NCBI GenBank assembly: GCA_047602285.1
Contig: JASGHR010000001.1
Coordinates: forward strand, 1,326,638 to 1,390,637
Reading direction: 5' to 3'
DNA from: Arachnia sp.
GTDB taxonomy: Bacteria; Actinomycetota; Actinomycetes; Propionibacteriales; Propionibacteriaceae
DNA length: 64,000 bases
A program made the translations under genes and the position numbers. The notes beneath the pieces were generated by a model, which was not told where the DNA came from, ran no database searches, and was given only the letters and a program-made list of their open reading frames with translations. This document shows, piece after piece, positions 47,718 to 56,475 of the stretch; position 1 is the stretch's first letter; the number at the start of each line of letters is the position of its first letter.

Positions 47718-48680
47718 ATGGGAATCCGAACACTGCGGCAGCTCCTCGCGGCTGCCGAGGCCGGCGGGTACGCCGTGGGCGCCTTCAACGTCTCCAGCCT
47801 CGACCAGGCGGTGGCGGTCATGGAGGCGGCCGCGGCGGAGCAGTCGCCGGTCATCGTGCAGGCCATCTCGGGCATGTCGCCGTACGCGTGCGAGGACCGC
47901 TGGTGGCGGCGGCTGCGCGCCGTCGTCGCCGACTACGACAGCGTGCCCGTCGCCCTCCACCTGGACCACGGCCGCACCTACGACGACTGCCTCCGCGCCA
48001 TCTCGGCCGGGTTCTCCAGCGTCATGATCGACGCCAGCCGCGACCCCGACACCGACGAGCCCGCCGGCTACGAGGCCAACCGGGACCTGACGCGCCGCGT
48101 CGTCGAGGCCGCCCACGCCGCGGGCGTGAGCGTCGAGGGCGAGCTGGGCACGGTCGGCGGCGCGGAGGCCGGCGTGCGCGGCGAGCTCGAGGAGATCGTC
48201 TTCGCCGATCCGGCCACCGCGGAGCTGTTCGTCGCCGAGACGGGGGTCGACGCCCTTGCCGTGGCGGTGGGCACCAGCCACGGCTCGGTCAAGTTCACCG
48301 ACGAGGCCGGCGGCCAGCGCCTGCGCATCGGGCTGATCGCCGAGATCAAGGAACGCCTCCCCGACACCTATCTGGTGCTGCACGGCTCGTCGTCGGTCCC
48401 GGCCGACGCCGTGGCCAGGATCAACGCGCATGGCGGCGCCGTCATCCCCTCCTACGGGATCGGCCTCGACCAGAAGCAGGAGGGCATCGCGTCCGGCATC
48501 CGGAAGATCAACCAGGGCACGGACTCGCACCTCGCGTGGACCGCCGCTCTCCGAGAGCTGATGGCGACGCGCCCGGACATCGTCGAGCCCAGCGAGCAGC
48601 TCAAGCCGGCCATGGCCGCGTTCCAGGAGATGGTCGCTCTGCGCATGCGGGAGTTCGGCTCAGCCGGCCGGGCGTCCTGA
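47718..48680 (+). CDS. class II ketose-bisphosphate aldolase family protein
   Basis: Motifs AFNV, LHLDHG, GELGTVGG, VAVGTSHG and LVLHGSSSVP. Confidence 0.8.
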   Translation: MGIRTLRQLLAAAEAGGYAVGAFNVSSLDQAVAVMEAAAAEQSPVIVQAISGMSPYACEDRWWRRLRAVVADYDSVPVALHLDHGRTYDDCLRAISAGFSSVMIDASRDPDTDEPAGYEANRDLTRRVVEAAHAAGVSVEGELGTVGGAEAGVRGELEEIVFADPATAELFVAETGVDALAVAVGTSHGSVKFTDEAGGQRLRIGLIAEIKERLPDTYLVLHGSSSVPADAVARINAHGGAVIPSYGIGLDQKQEGIASGIRKINQGTDSHLAWTAALRELMATRPDIVEPSEQLKPAMAAFQEMVALRMREFGSAGRAS

Positions 48681-48817
48681 CGCTGCAGGTGGGTCGGCTG
48701 GCCGGCTCACGGGGGTCCCGCACAGGAGGCCCACAGGGTGTTGTCCGAGAACCCCGAGGTGTTGTCCGACTCGAACAATCGTTCGTTTTTGTCGGAGGTG
48801 TCTTATAGCGTTCAGGT

Positions 48818-50543
48818 ATGCATCAGACACGCGCTCTCGGCACAAGGGAGGCCATCGAACAGATGGCCTCCCTGCTCGGGCGCGTCTCCCCCACGGAGTG
48901 GGAACACCTGCCCGAGGCTGACCTCGTCGAGCTGCTGATGAGCGCCCGACGGTTCGCCGATCGGGTGACCGGGCTCACCGCCTCACTCGTGCGGGTGGTG
49001 GACCGGCGCAACGCGGCGGGCATCGCGAAGGGCATGCCGCTGCACGCACTCATCACCCTGGAGGAGCACCGCGACGGCAGGGACACCACCCGCGCGCTGG
49101 CTGAGGGCAGGGACATCGCGCGGAACCCGCAGGTGGCGGGTGGCGTGCTGGACGGCACACTCACGCCCGATCATGCGGCCAAGGTCGTCAAGGCGATCGA
49201 CGATCTGCCCCGCGGCCTCAACCGGGAGCAGGCGGAGCGGATCACCGGGATCCTGATCGGCGAGGCCGCCCACTGTCGGCCGAGCGACCTCCCCGGCAAG
49301 GCCGAAGCGGCGCTGCGGCAGGTCGCACCCGAGCATGCCCCTTCTCGCGAGGACGAGGAACGAAAGGTCGCATGGCAGCGCCGCGAGGCCCTCAGGAGGC
49401 GTTCGCTGCGGTTCGGGGACGACGGCGAGGGATCGTTCTGGTTCAAGGGTTCACTCCCCTACCTTGAGGCGCAGCCGCTGATCTCGTCCCTGGAGCGGTT
49501 GGTCGCCGGGCAGAAGCGCGCAGAGCACGACGGCACCCGGCGCCACGGCATCGCGCCCACACACGAGCAGCGGTATGCCGATGCGCTGACCGACCTGGCC
49601 CGCGCAGCCTCGTCGTCCCTGCCCTCGGGCGGCGGCGGTGCGGGCACTGGTTCTTCGGCAGCCCCGACTGGTCCCGCGGTCCCGTCTAGGCCTGCGGCCC
49701 CGGGTGTTCCTGCCATCCCGGCTGGTCCTACCATCTCGGCTGTTCCTGCGGCCCCGGGTGTTCCTGCCATCCCGGCTGTTCCTGCGGGCCCGGGTGTTCC
49801 TGCCATCCCGGCTCTTCCCGCGGCCCCGGGTGTTCCTGCCATCCCGGCTGGTCCTGCCATCCCGAGTGCTCGTGTCATCCCGGTACTTCCTGCGATCCCG
49901 TCCGCGACGGTCGTGGTGACCATCAGCGAGGCGGACCTCACGCAGCGCGCCACCGCAGCCGGGCTGCTCGGTTCCGGGCACAGGATTCCCGCCGGTGACC
50001 TGCGCCGGCTCCTCTGCGATGCCCCACATCATCCCGGTCGTCCTCGGCTCGCACTCCGAGATCCTGGACATGGGCCGCGCCACGAGGTTCGTCACCGCCG
50101 CCCAGCGGAGAGCGCTGGCGATGCGGGATGGCGGCTGCATGTTCCCGGGCTGCGGGGTGAGTGAGCCCGAGTGCCACGCGCACCATGTCGTGCCATGGTG
50201 GCAGGGCGGCACGTCGGATCTGGAGAACCTCGTGCTGCTCTGTCCGCATCACCACGGGATCGTCGAACCCACCCGGCTGCACGGCGACAAAGCGACGACC
50301 CCATGGGAAGTGGTATTCGACCCGCTGACCCGGAAACCCACAGTCCGGCACCGCTCCTTCAGCACATCCCACGACGATGTCCGATCATCCGGACATGCGA
50401 GCAGCCCGCCGGAGTCGGCAGGGCGTGACATGCCAGGACCGCCCGGAGCACTCAGCACACCTGGAACAGCTGGGTCAACTGCCACACGTACGGCATCCTG
50501 CGCGCCTGAGACGCCCGCGGGATCCGCCGCGCTCAGCACATAA
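48818..50543 (+). pseudogene. DUF222 / HNH endonuclease (REP13E12-type), frameshifted
   Basis: The DUF222-like N-part lies in the frame of 48818-50164. The expected continuation ...IIPVVLGSHSEILDMGRATRF...CHAHHVVPWWQGGTSDLENLVLLCPHHH lies in the frame of 49995-50543. The switch is near the C4 run at 50020-50023. Confidence 0.7.
49700..49849 (+). repeat. in-frame tandem repeat encoding a Pro/Ala/Gly/Val/Ile-rich tract
   Basis: The 24-nt core CCGGGTGTTCCTGCCATCCCGGCT occurs at 49700, 49754, 49790 and 49826. The spacings (54/36/36 nt) are all multiples of 3. It translates as ...APGVPAIPAxPx.... Confidence 0.85.
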
Positions 50544-50589
50544 GGGATCCCCGGCGCGCCTGGGACACGCGCGGTCGGCGTGCAGGGTA

Positions 50590-52110
50590 GCCAACCGCGA
50601 AGCGCACGTCGTTCCTTGAGCCGGGCCCCCGCGCGAAGCGCCGGGCCCGCGTCGAAAGGTCCCGCACCAACACACCAAGGCCAGCCACAACCGGCCACTG
50701 CCGCCATCGAGCACCAAGCCGTCGGAGACACACCGCTCGGCAACCGGACCCTTCGAGACGGCGCCGCAACACCTCACACTCGGCGCAGATCAACCATGCG
50801 GCGCCTCCTCAGGGACCGACCGCAGCAACCGCACCTCAGGCCCGACCTCAAGACAGACCGAGAGATGACTCCTCAGAGCCGACCGTGGCGCACACGTCAC
50901 ACCTTGAGCCGACCTTGGAGCACGCCGTTCCTTGAGCCGGGCCCCCGCGCGAAGCGCCGGGCCCGCGTCGAAAGGTCCCGCACCAACACACCCACGCCGA
51001 CCACAACCGGACCCTTCGAGACGGCGCCGCAACACCTTCTACTCGGCGCAGTCACCACTCGGCGCCTCCTCAGGGACCGACCCCAGCAACCACGCCGCGG
51101 ATCCGCTGTTCCACTTCGGCCACGGTCCCTCCTGCCCGCGCTGCCCGCGGCACTCACCCGAGCGACTGATGAAATCCTCACGCCAGTCGTAAGACGCACG
51201 CCGTTCCCTGGGTCGACCGCGAAGCGCAGGCCGTTCCTTGAGCCGGGCCCCCGCGCGAAGCGCCGGGCCCGCGTCGAAAGGTCCCGCACCAACACACCCG
51301 GGCCAACCACAACCGGCCCGCGCAAACCGACGCCTTGGCCATCACGCCCTGCCCACTCCCGTCATCGAGCACCATGCCGTCGAGAACACACCGCCCGACA
51401 ACCGGACCCTTCGAGACGGCGCCGCAACACCTCCACTCAGCCCAGGTCAGCCACGCGGCGCCTCCTCAGGGACCGACCCCAGCAACCACACCTCAGGCCC
51501 GACCTCAAGACAGACCGAGAGATCGCTCCTCAAGAGGCGACCGTGGAGTACGGCGTCACACCTTGAGCCGACCGTGGAGCACGCCGTTCCTTGAGCCGGG
51601 CCCCCGCGCGAAGCGCCGGGCCCGGGTCGAAAGGTCCCGCACCAACACACCCGGGCCAACCACAACCGGCCACTGGGCTTGACCCTGCCGTCATCGAGCA
51701 CCATGCCGTCGAGAACACACCACCCGACAACCGGACCCTTCGAGACGGCGCCGCAACACCTCCACTCAGCCCAGGTCAACCACGCGGCGCCTCCTCAGGG
51801 ACCGACCCCAGCAACCACACCTCAGGCCCGACCTCAAGACAGACCGAGAGATCGCTCCTCAAGAGCCGACCGTGGAGCACGGCGTCACACCTTGAGCCGA
51901 CCGTGGAGCACGGCGTCACACCTTGAGCCGACCGTGGCGCACGCCGTTCCTTGAGCCGGGCCCCCGCGCGAAGCGCCGGGCCCGCGTCGAAAGGTCCCGC
52001 ACCAGCGCACCCAGGCGAACCACAACCGGACCCTTCGAGACGGCGCCGCGACAACTCCCACTCGGCGCAGGTCAACCATGCGGCGCCTCCTCAGGGACCG
52101 ACCCAGCAGC
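50590..52110. repeat. Intergenic structured repeat block C4 (E1 family, forward): tandem array of five composite units
   Basis: The anchor GTTCCTTGAGCCGGGCCCCCGCGCGAAGCGCCGGGCCCG starts at 50611, 50927, 51233, 51586 and 51946 (spacings 316/306/353/360 nt). Each unit also carries GGACCCTTCGAGACGGCGCCGC...GCGGCGCCTCCTCAGGGACCGAC. Confidence 0.9.
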
Positions 52111-52139
52111 TAGGAGTCGGCAGGGGTTAGGGTCGACTC

Positions 52140-52733
52140 GTGCTGCTCTTTCTCTTCGGACCGCCCGCCGTCGGCAAGATGACTGTGGGGCGCGCCGTGT
52201 GCGCACGCACCGGGTTTCGACTCTTTCACAACCACATGACCATCGAGCCGCTGGTGGAGACGTTCGGCCACGGGTCGCCGCAGTTCAACGTCCTCAATGA
52301 GGAGTTCCGGCGACGCGTGCTGGAGGAGGCCGCGGCAGGCGGCATCGATCTGCTGTTCACCATCGTCTGGGGCCTCGACCTCGCGGAGGACCTCGAGCTC
52401 ACGAAGAACAACATCGCGATCTTCGACGGCGACGTGGCCTTCGTCGAGCTGCGCGCCGACCTCGACACCCGACTCAACCGCAACCACACGCCCGAGCGGC
52501 TGGCGGACAAGCGCTCCAAGCGCGACCTGGCCTGGTCGGACGAGAACGTGCGCTCCATGGACGTGCACCTCATGACCAGCGTCCGGCCCAGCATCGCCGA
52601 CGAACTCCTCCAGGCCTACCCGCACCTCGTCGTCGACAACACGCACCTGACCCCAGACGAGGCGGCCGATCGCATCGCGGCCTGGGTCGCGACCCTCCCT
52701 CGTCCCTCCTCGGCAGCGGCCGAGCACCGCTGA
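52140..52733 (+). CDS. P-loop kinase-like ATP-binding protein
   Basis: GTG start. Walker A is GPPAVGKMT. The 197-aa size and layout are typical of small nucleotide/sugar-kinase-like (AAA_33-type) proteins. Confidence 0.55.
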   Translation: MLLFLFGPPAVGKMTVGRAVCARTGFRLFHNHMTIEPLVETFGHGSPQFNVLNEEFRRRVLEEAAAGGIDLLFTIVWGLDLAEDLELTKNNIAIFDGDVAFVELRADLDTRLNRNHTPERLADKRSKRDLAWSDENVRSMDVHLMTSVRPSIADELLQAYPHLVVDNTHLTPDEAADRIAAWVATLPRPSSAAAEHR

Positions 52734-52941
52734 GCGCGTCAGCCGACACCATCAGGACTCCGGCCGAGATGAGTAGGTGGCCGTAGACAACCCAGATAAC
52801 CCACATCCCGCCCGGGCTTTCCCCGTTCACCACCGCACTCGCTACCAACCTCCTGCCCGAGAACACCTCGATAGGAGCTAGCCACAAGGCACGGGCTGGC
52901 GCTAACGGTAGGACGTGACCGCAGCCCTCCCTCCACAAGCC

Positions 52942-53053
52942 GATGAGCACGTCGCCGAGTTCGTCGGCCGAAACCGGCAAGAATCGGCCGTTTCGCTCAA
53001 CGAACCCGGGCTCGTGCTCATCGAGCTCCGACGGATACCGCGCCGTGCTCATC
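52942..53053. repeat. E2-family palindromic element, copy downstream of the DeoR gene
   Basis: GATGAGCACGTCGCCGAGTTCGTCGGCCGAAAC ... GTTTCGCTCAACGAACCCGGGCTCGTGCTCATC form imperfect 33-nt arms. An extra CGTGCTCATC lies at 53044-53053. Confidence 0.75.
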
Positions 53054-53104
53054 GTGACGTTGACGAGGGGCGTGGTGCGCTCGTCGCGAAACTGGGCGGA
53101 GCGC

Positions 53105-53899
53105 CTACACCTGATGGACGGCGACGCCGGCGTCGCGGATCGGCTCCAGGTTCGACTCCGGGGTCTCGACGCCCGTGATGAGCAGGTCGATGTCGGACAG
53201 CGGGGCGACGCGGGCGAGCTGCGTGCGTCCGATCTTGGTGCTGTCGGCGACCAGCACGCGCTTCCGGGACGACTCCATGAAGCGCTTTTTCATGATCACC
53301 TCGGGCATTGACGAGTTGGTGACGCCCTCAGCGGAGACGCCGTTGCAGCCGATGAAACAGATGTCGCCCCGGATCAGGCCCATGAACATGTCGCCCAGCG
53401 GGTCGACCAGCGAGTGCTGCTTGTGCCGCACCGTTCCGCCCGTCACCCCCACCGTGAACTGGTGCTCGCCGCGCTCGAATTCGAAAGCAATGGTAAGCGA
53501 GTTGGTGAAGACGACGACGCCGGACAGGTCGTCTCGCGCGAGGAGCGCGCGGGCGACGGCGGTGGTCGTTGAGCCCGCATCCATGAGCACCGACTGATCC
53601 GTCGACACCATGGCAGCCGCCGCATGCCCGATCCTGCGCTTCTCGCTCGTCGCCCGCGTCATCGCGAGTTCGAGCGCCGGTTCTGTCGCCAAAGCGCGGT
53701 GACCAGCGACAGCACCGCCGTGCACGCGCTCGATCACATGCGCCTCGGCGAGTGCGTCGAGGTCCGTGCGGATGGTGACCTCGGAGACCTGGAACGCGCG
53801 GCTCAGCTCCGTGACCCGAGCGAATCCCTGGCGCTCGATGATCGAGACGATCTGCTCGCGCCGGACCGACGCGGGGAGGATCGGCGAAACCTGTGCCAT
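53105..53899 (-). CDS. DeoR/GlpR-family transcriptional regulator
   Basis: The ORF was trimmed to the ATG at 53899. The HTH is RREQIVSIIERQGFARVTELSRAFQVSEVTIRTDLDAL, followed by a DeoR C-terminal sensor region. Confidence 0.85.
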   Translation of the reverse strand: MAQVSPILPASVRREQIVSIIERQGFARVTELSRAFQVSEVTIRTDLDALAEAHVIERVHGGAVAGHRALATEPALELAMTRATSEKRRIGHAAAAMVSTDQSVLMDAGSTTTAVARALLARDDLSGVVVFTNSLTIAFEFERGEHQFTVGVTGGTVRHKQHSLVDPLGDMFMGLIRGDICFIGCNGVSAEGVTNSSMPEVIMKKRFMESSRKRVLVADSTKIGRTQLARVAPLSDIDLLITGVETPESNLEPIRDAGVAVHQV

Positions 53900-54106
53900 G
53901 CGGAAACGATACCCACCAGGAGCGCAAGCTATCGAAAGCGCTCGACGCACCGGCCACCCCACGCCATTCACCCTGCGTCGCCTCACGATGAGACCTCGCA
54001 GATCCCATCGTGGACGTCATCCATGTCCGGCAGCAGGCGATGACCTGGCAGCACCCGAGGTGCATCAGCGCTCCATCGAAGACGGCTGACACAAGCAAGG
54101 TAGACC

Positions 54107-54249
54107 GATGAGCACGACACACCCCTCGTCGGGCTCCGATGAGCACGCGCCGGAGTTCGTCGGGGTCGGATGAGCACGAGCCGGGGCTGGTTGCGGAAAA
54201 CGGCTGAATCCGGGCTGTTTCGGGCGACGAACTCCGGCGCGTGCTCATC
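54107..54249. repeat. E2-family palindromic element, copy upstream of the DeoR gene (inverted relative to 52942-53053)
   Basis: Three GATGAGCACG heads are present. GATGAGCACGCGCCGGAGTTCGTCG (54138-54162) is the perfect 25-nt reverse complement of CGACGAACTCCGGCGCGTGCTCATC (54225-54249). The arms correspond to the swapped arms of the other copy. Confidence 0.8.
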
Positions 54250-54429
54250 GAACCCGGAAAAAGGGGTGTTGTGGGTCAGGACTCTGTCCACGGCTTGCGG
54301 ACCCAGTGACCACATGCCCAGCGCTCCGCGCGGCGCCCAGCTCGAGGAATGATCGAGCTCGGCCCCTCCGCTCGGGGGACTTGACTCAAAGGCCGACCAC
54401 GAGTCCGGTGCTCGTGCTTCGCAGGGGCT

Positions 54430-54830
54430 GGCTCACGCCGATCCCTGAGGAGCAGCCCCGCCGGCTGACAGAACCCCGGCCTCGGCCACGCGGGGATGCG
54501 TGCTCGTTGGGTCCGAAACCCACGCCTTCAGCGAGGCATGGCCGCCCTGCTCCAACTCCCCGTCCACGGGTTTGCAGACCGAACGACCACGTACCCGCCG
54601 CACCGCGCGCAACACTCAGCACGGCCCGGCTCAGGAACGGCCCACAGGCATGGTGCCCCCCGGACGAAGCCAAGGCCAAGAACCACACCCACCGCCCGCT
54701 CTTCGCGCGGGCTGGCCCAGACCGCTCCCTGAGGAGCAGCCCCGCCCGCTGACCGGACGCCGGCCTCGGCCGTGCGGGGCCGCGTGCTCGTGGGGTCCGA
54801 AACCGACGCCTTCGCGCGCCCTTTGGATCC
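54430..54830. repeat. Intergenic structured repeat block C5 (E1 family, reverse, degenerate)
   Basis: Two units CCCTGAGGAGCAGCCCCGC...GCGGGG(A/C)(T/C)GCGTGCTCGT(T/G)GGGTCCGAAACC lie at about 54442-54520 and 54727-54805. Confidence 0.8.
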
Positions 54831-54903
54831 AATGCGCGTCGCCCGAAACGGCACCTCGCACGGCCGGGAAACCCGGCTGCGACGCGGGGGGGCCAGGGGC
54901 CGA

Positions 54904-55869
54904 TCAGCGCGGCGCGGCGAACAGCGTGTCGATCGCCGCCAGGGTGGCTTTGTCGAGCACCGTCGCTCCGGCTTCCACGTTCTGGGCGACCTGCTCCGCG
55001 CGCGTCGCTCCGGCGATCACGCTCGTGATCCCCGTGCGGCTGAGCAGCCAGGCGAACGTGGCGCCGAGCATGGAGACGCCGGCATCCGCACAGAGCACAC
55101 GGTAGGCATCGAGCTGATCCCAGTCGACGTCGCCCAGTCGGTCGACAGAGGCCGCGGCCGAACGCAGGCGACCCTCCTCGCCACCGTCGCGGGTGTACTT
55201 GCCGGTCAGCAGCCCGTTGGCCAGCGGGAAGTACGGGAAGAAGCCCAGGCCGAGGCCGACAGCGGTCGGCAGGACATCGCGCTCCGCACCCCGGTCGAGC
55301 AGCGAGAAACCGTTCTGCGCCGAGACGAACCGCACGAAGCCGTTCTCCCGCGCCACAGCATCGGCCTCCTGGGCCTGCTCAGCGGAGAAGTTCGAGTGTC
55401 CCACGTGACGCAGCTTGCCCTCTTCAACCAGCTCGGTCAGCGCCGACAACGTCTCACCGATCGGAGTCCCAGGGTCCGGCGTGTGCATCTGGAGCAGGTC
55501 GATGCGGTCCGTCCGGAGCCGCCTGAGCGATGCGTCGACGGCGTTCCTGATGTACGTGCGGCCGCCCTTCGGTCCCCACTCCTCACTGCCAGGAACCGTG
55601 CGCCCGGAGTTACCGAACTTCGTGGCGAGAACCACCTTGTCGCGACGCCCGGCAAGCGCCTCACCCATGAACTCCTCACTCCGCCCCGGCTCGCCGCCGT
55701 AGATGTCGGCGCCGTCGAGGAAGGTGATGCCCGCATCAACAGCCGCATGAATCACACGCACACTGCCCTCCAGCGACTCCGTCGCGCTGTTCGGCCGACT
55801 GAAGTTGTTACAGCCGAGCCCCACGGCGCTGACGACGAGATCGGACATGCCCACAGTGCGTTGTTCCAT
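54904..55869 (-). CDS. aldo/keto reductase
   Basis: The ORF was trimmed to the ATG at 55869 (MEQRTVGMSDLVVSAVGLGCNNF...). It shows an AKR-typical layout ending ...ATRAEQVAQNVEA. Confidence 0.8.
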   Translation of the reverse strand: MEQRTVGMSDLVVSAVGLGCNNFSRPNSATESLEGSVRVIHAAVDAGITFLDGADIYGGEPGRSEEFMGEALAGRRDKVVLATKFGNSGRTVPGSEEWGPKGGRTYIRNAVDASLRRLRTDRIDLLQMHTPDPGTPIGETLSALTELVEEGKLRHVGHSNFSAEQAQEADAVARENGFVRFVSAQNGFSLLDRGAERDVLPTAVGLGLGFFPYFPLANGLLTGKYTRDGGEEGRLRSAAASVDRLGDVDWDQLDAYRVLCADAGVSMLGATFAWLLSRTGITSVIAGATRAEQVAQNVEAGATVLDKATLAAIDTLFAAPR

Positions 55870-55974
55870 GCTCACCAGGCTAGACGGAAAGCAGCCCATC
55901 ACTGGGTGTCGCCCACGGCCTTCCGGCCCATAGGGCCATCGATGACCGCACCCTGTGCGGCAGACTCCAGGGCC

Positions 55975-56475
55975 GTCGTTGACCGAAACCCGCTACCGCG
56001 ACTCCCTGCCCATACTCTCGGACCTTTCGACACAGCGTTCGGCTGCGCCTCACGGCCGGCTCAAGGAACAACACCGCGGTCACGACTCCCCGGACCGACT
56101 CACAGACCGGTCCCTGAGGAGCAGCCCGCCCGCCAACCTCATACCGCGCCAAAACCCCGCGGGCTGCGTCTCGAGGGGTCCGAAACCCGCGGCCCACAGG
56201 TCCCGCTACCGCGACTCCCTGCCCACATGCCCGGACCTAACGACCACGGCGTTCGGCTGGCGCCTCACGGCCGGCTCAAGGAACAACCTCGCTGTCACAC
56301 CTCCTCAGAGACCGACTCACAGACCGGTCCCTGAGGAGCAGCCCGCTCGCCGGCCTCACGCCGAGCCAAACCCCCGCGGGCTGCATCTCGAAGGGTCCGA
56401 AACCACGGCCCACAGGTACCCCTACCGCCACTCCCTGCCCACACGCCCGGACCTTTCGACACGGCGTTCGGCTAG
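55975..56475. repeat. Intergenic structured repeat block C6a (E1 family, reverse), truncated by IS1182
   Basis: Units GGTCCCTGAGGAGCAGCCCGC...GCGGGCTGC(G/A)TCTCGA(G/A)GGGTCCGAAACC alternate with GGACCTTTCGACAC(A/G)GCGTTCGGCT(G)GCGCCTCACGGCCGGCTCAAGGAAC modules. The last module is cut at CTAG (56472-56475). Confidence 0.85.

Noticed and set aside
50580-51566. Long ORFs lying entirely inside the repeat blocks, for example 50580-51566 (328 aa), 5524-6315, 29590-30366, 29891-30433, 55955-56548 and 58457-59050.
   Set aside because: Their translations are low-complexity (R/P/S/A-rich) and change register from one repeat unit to the next. ORFs are open on both strands over the same DNA. They are by-products of GC-rich repeats, not genes.
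50590-52110. A CRISPR array as an explanation for the regularly spaced repeats.
   Set aside because: The units are 306-360 nt, not about 60-75 nt. The 'spacers' are themselves conserved between units. The repeats are scattered in both orientations across the window, and no cas genes are present.
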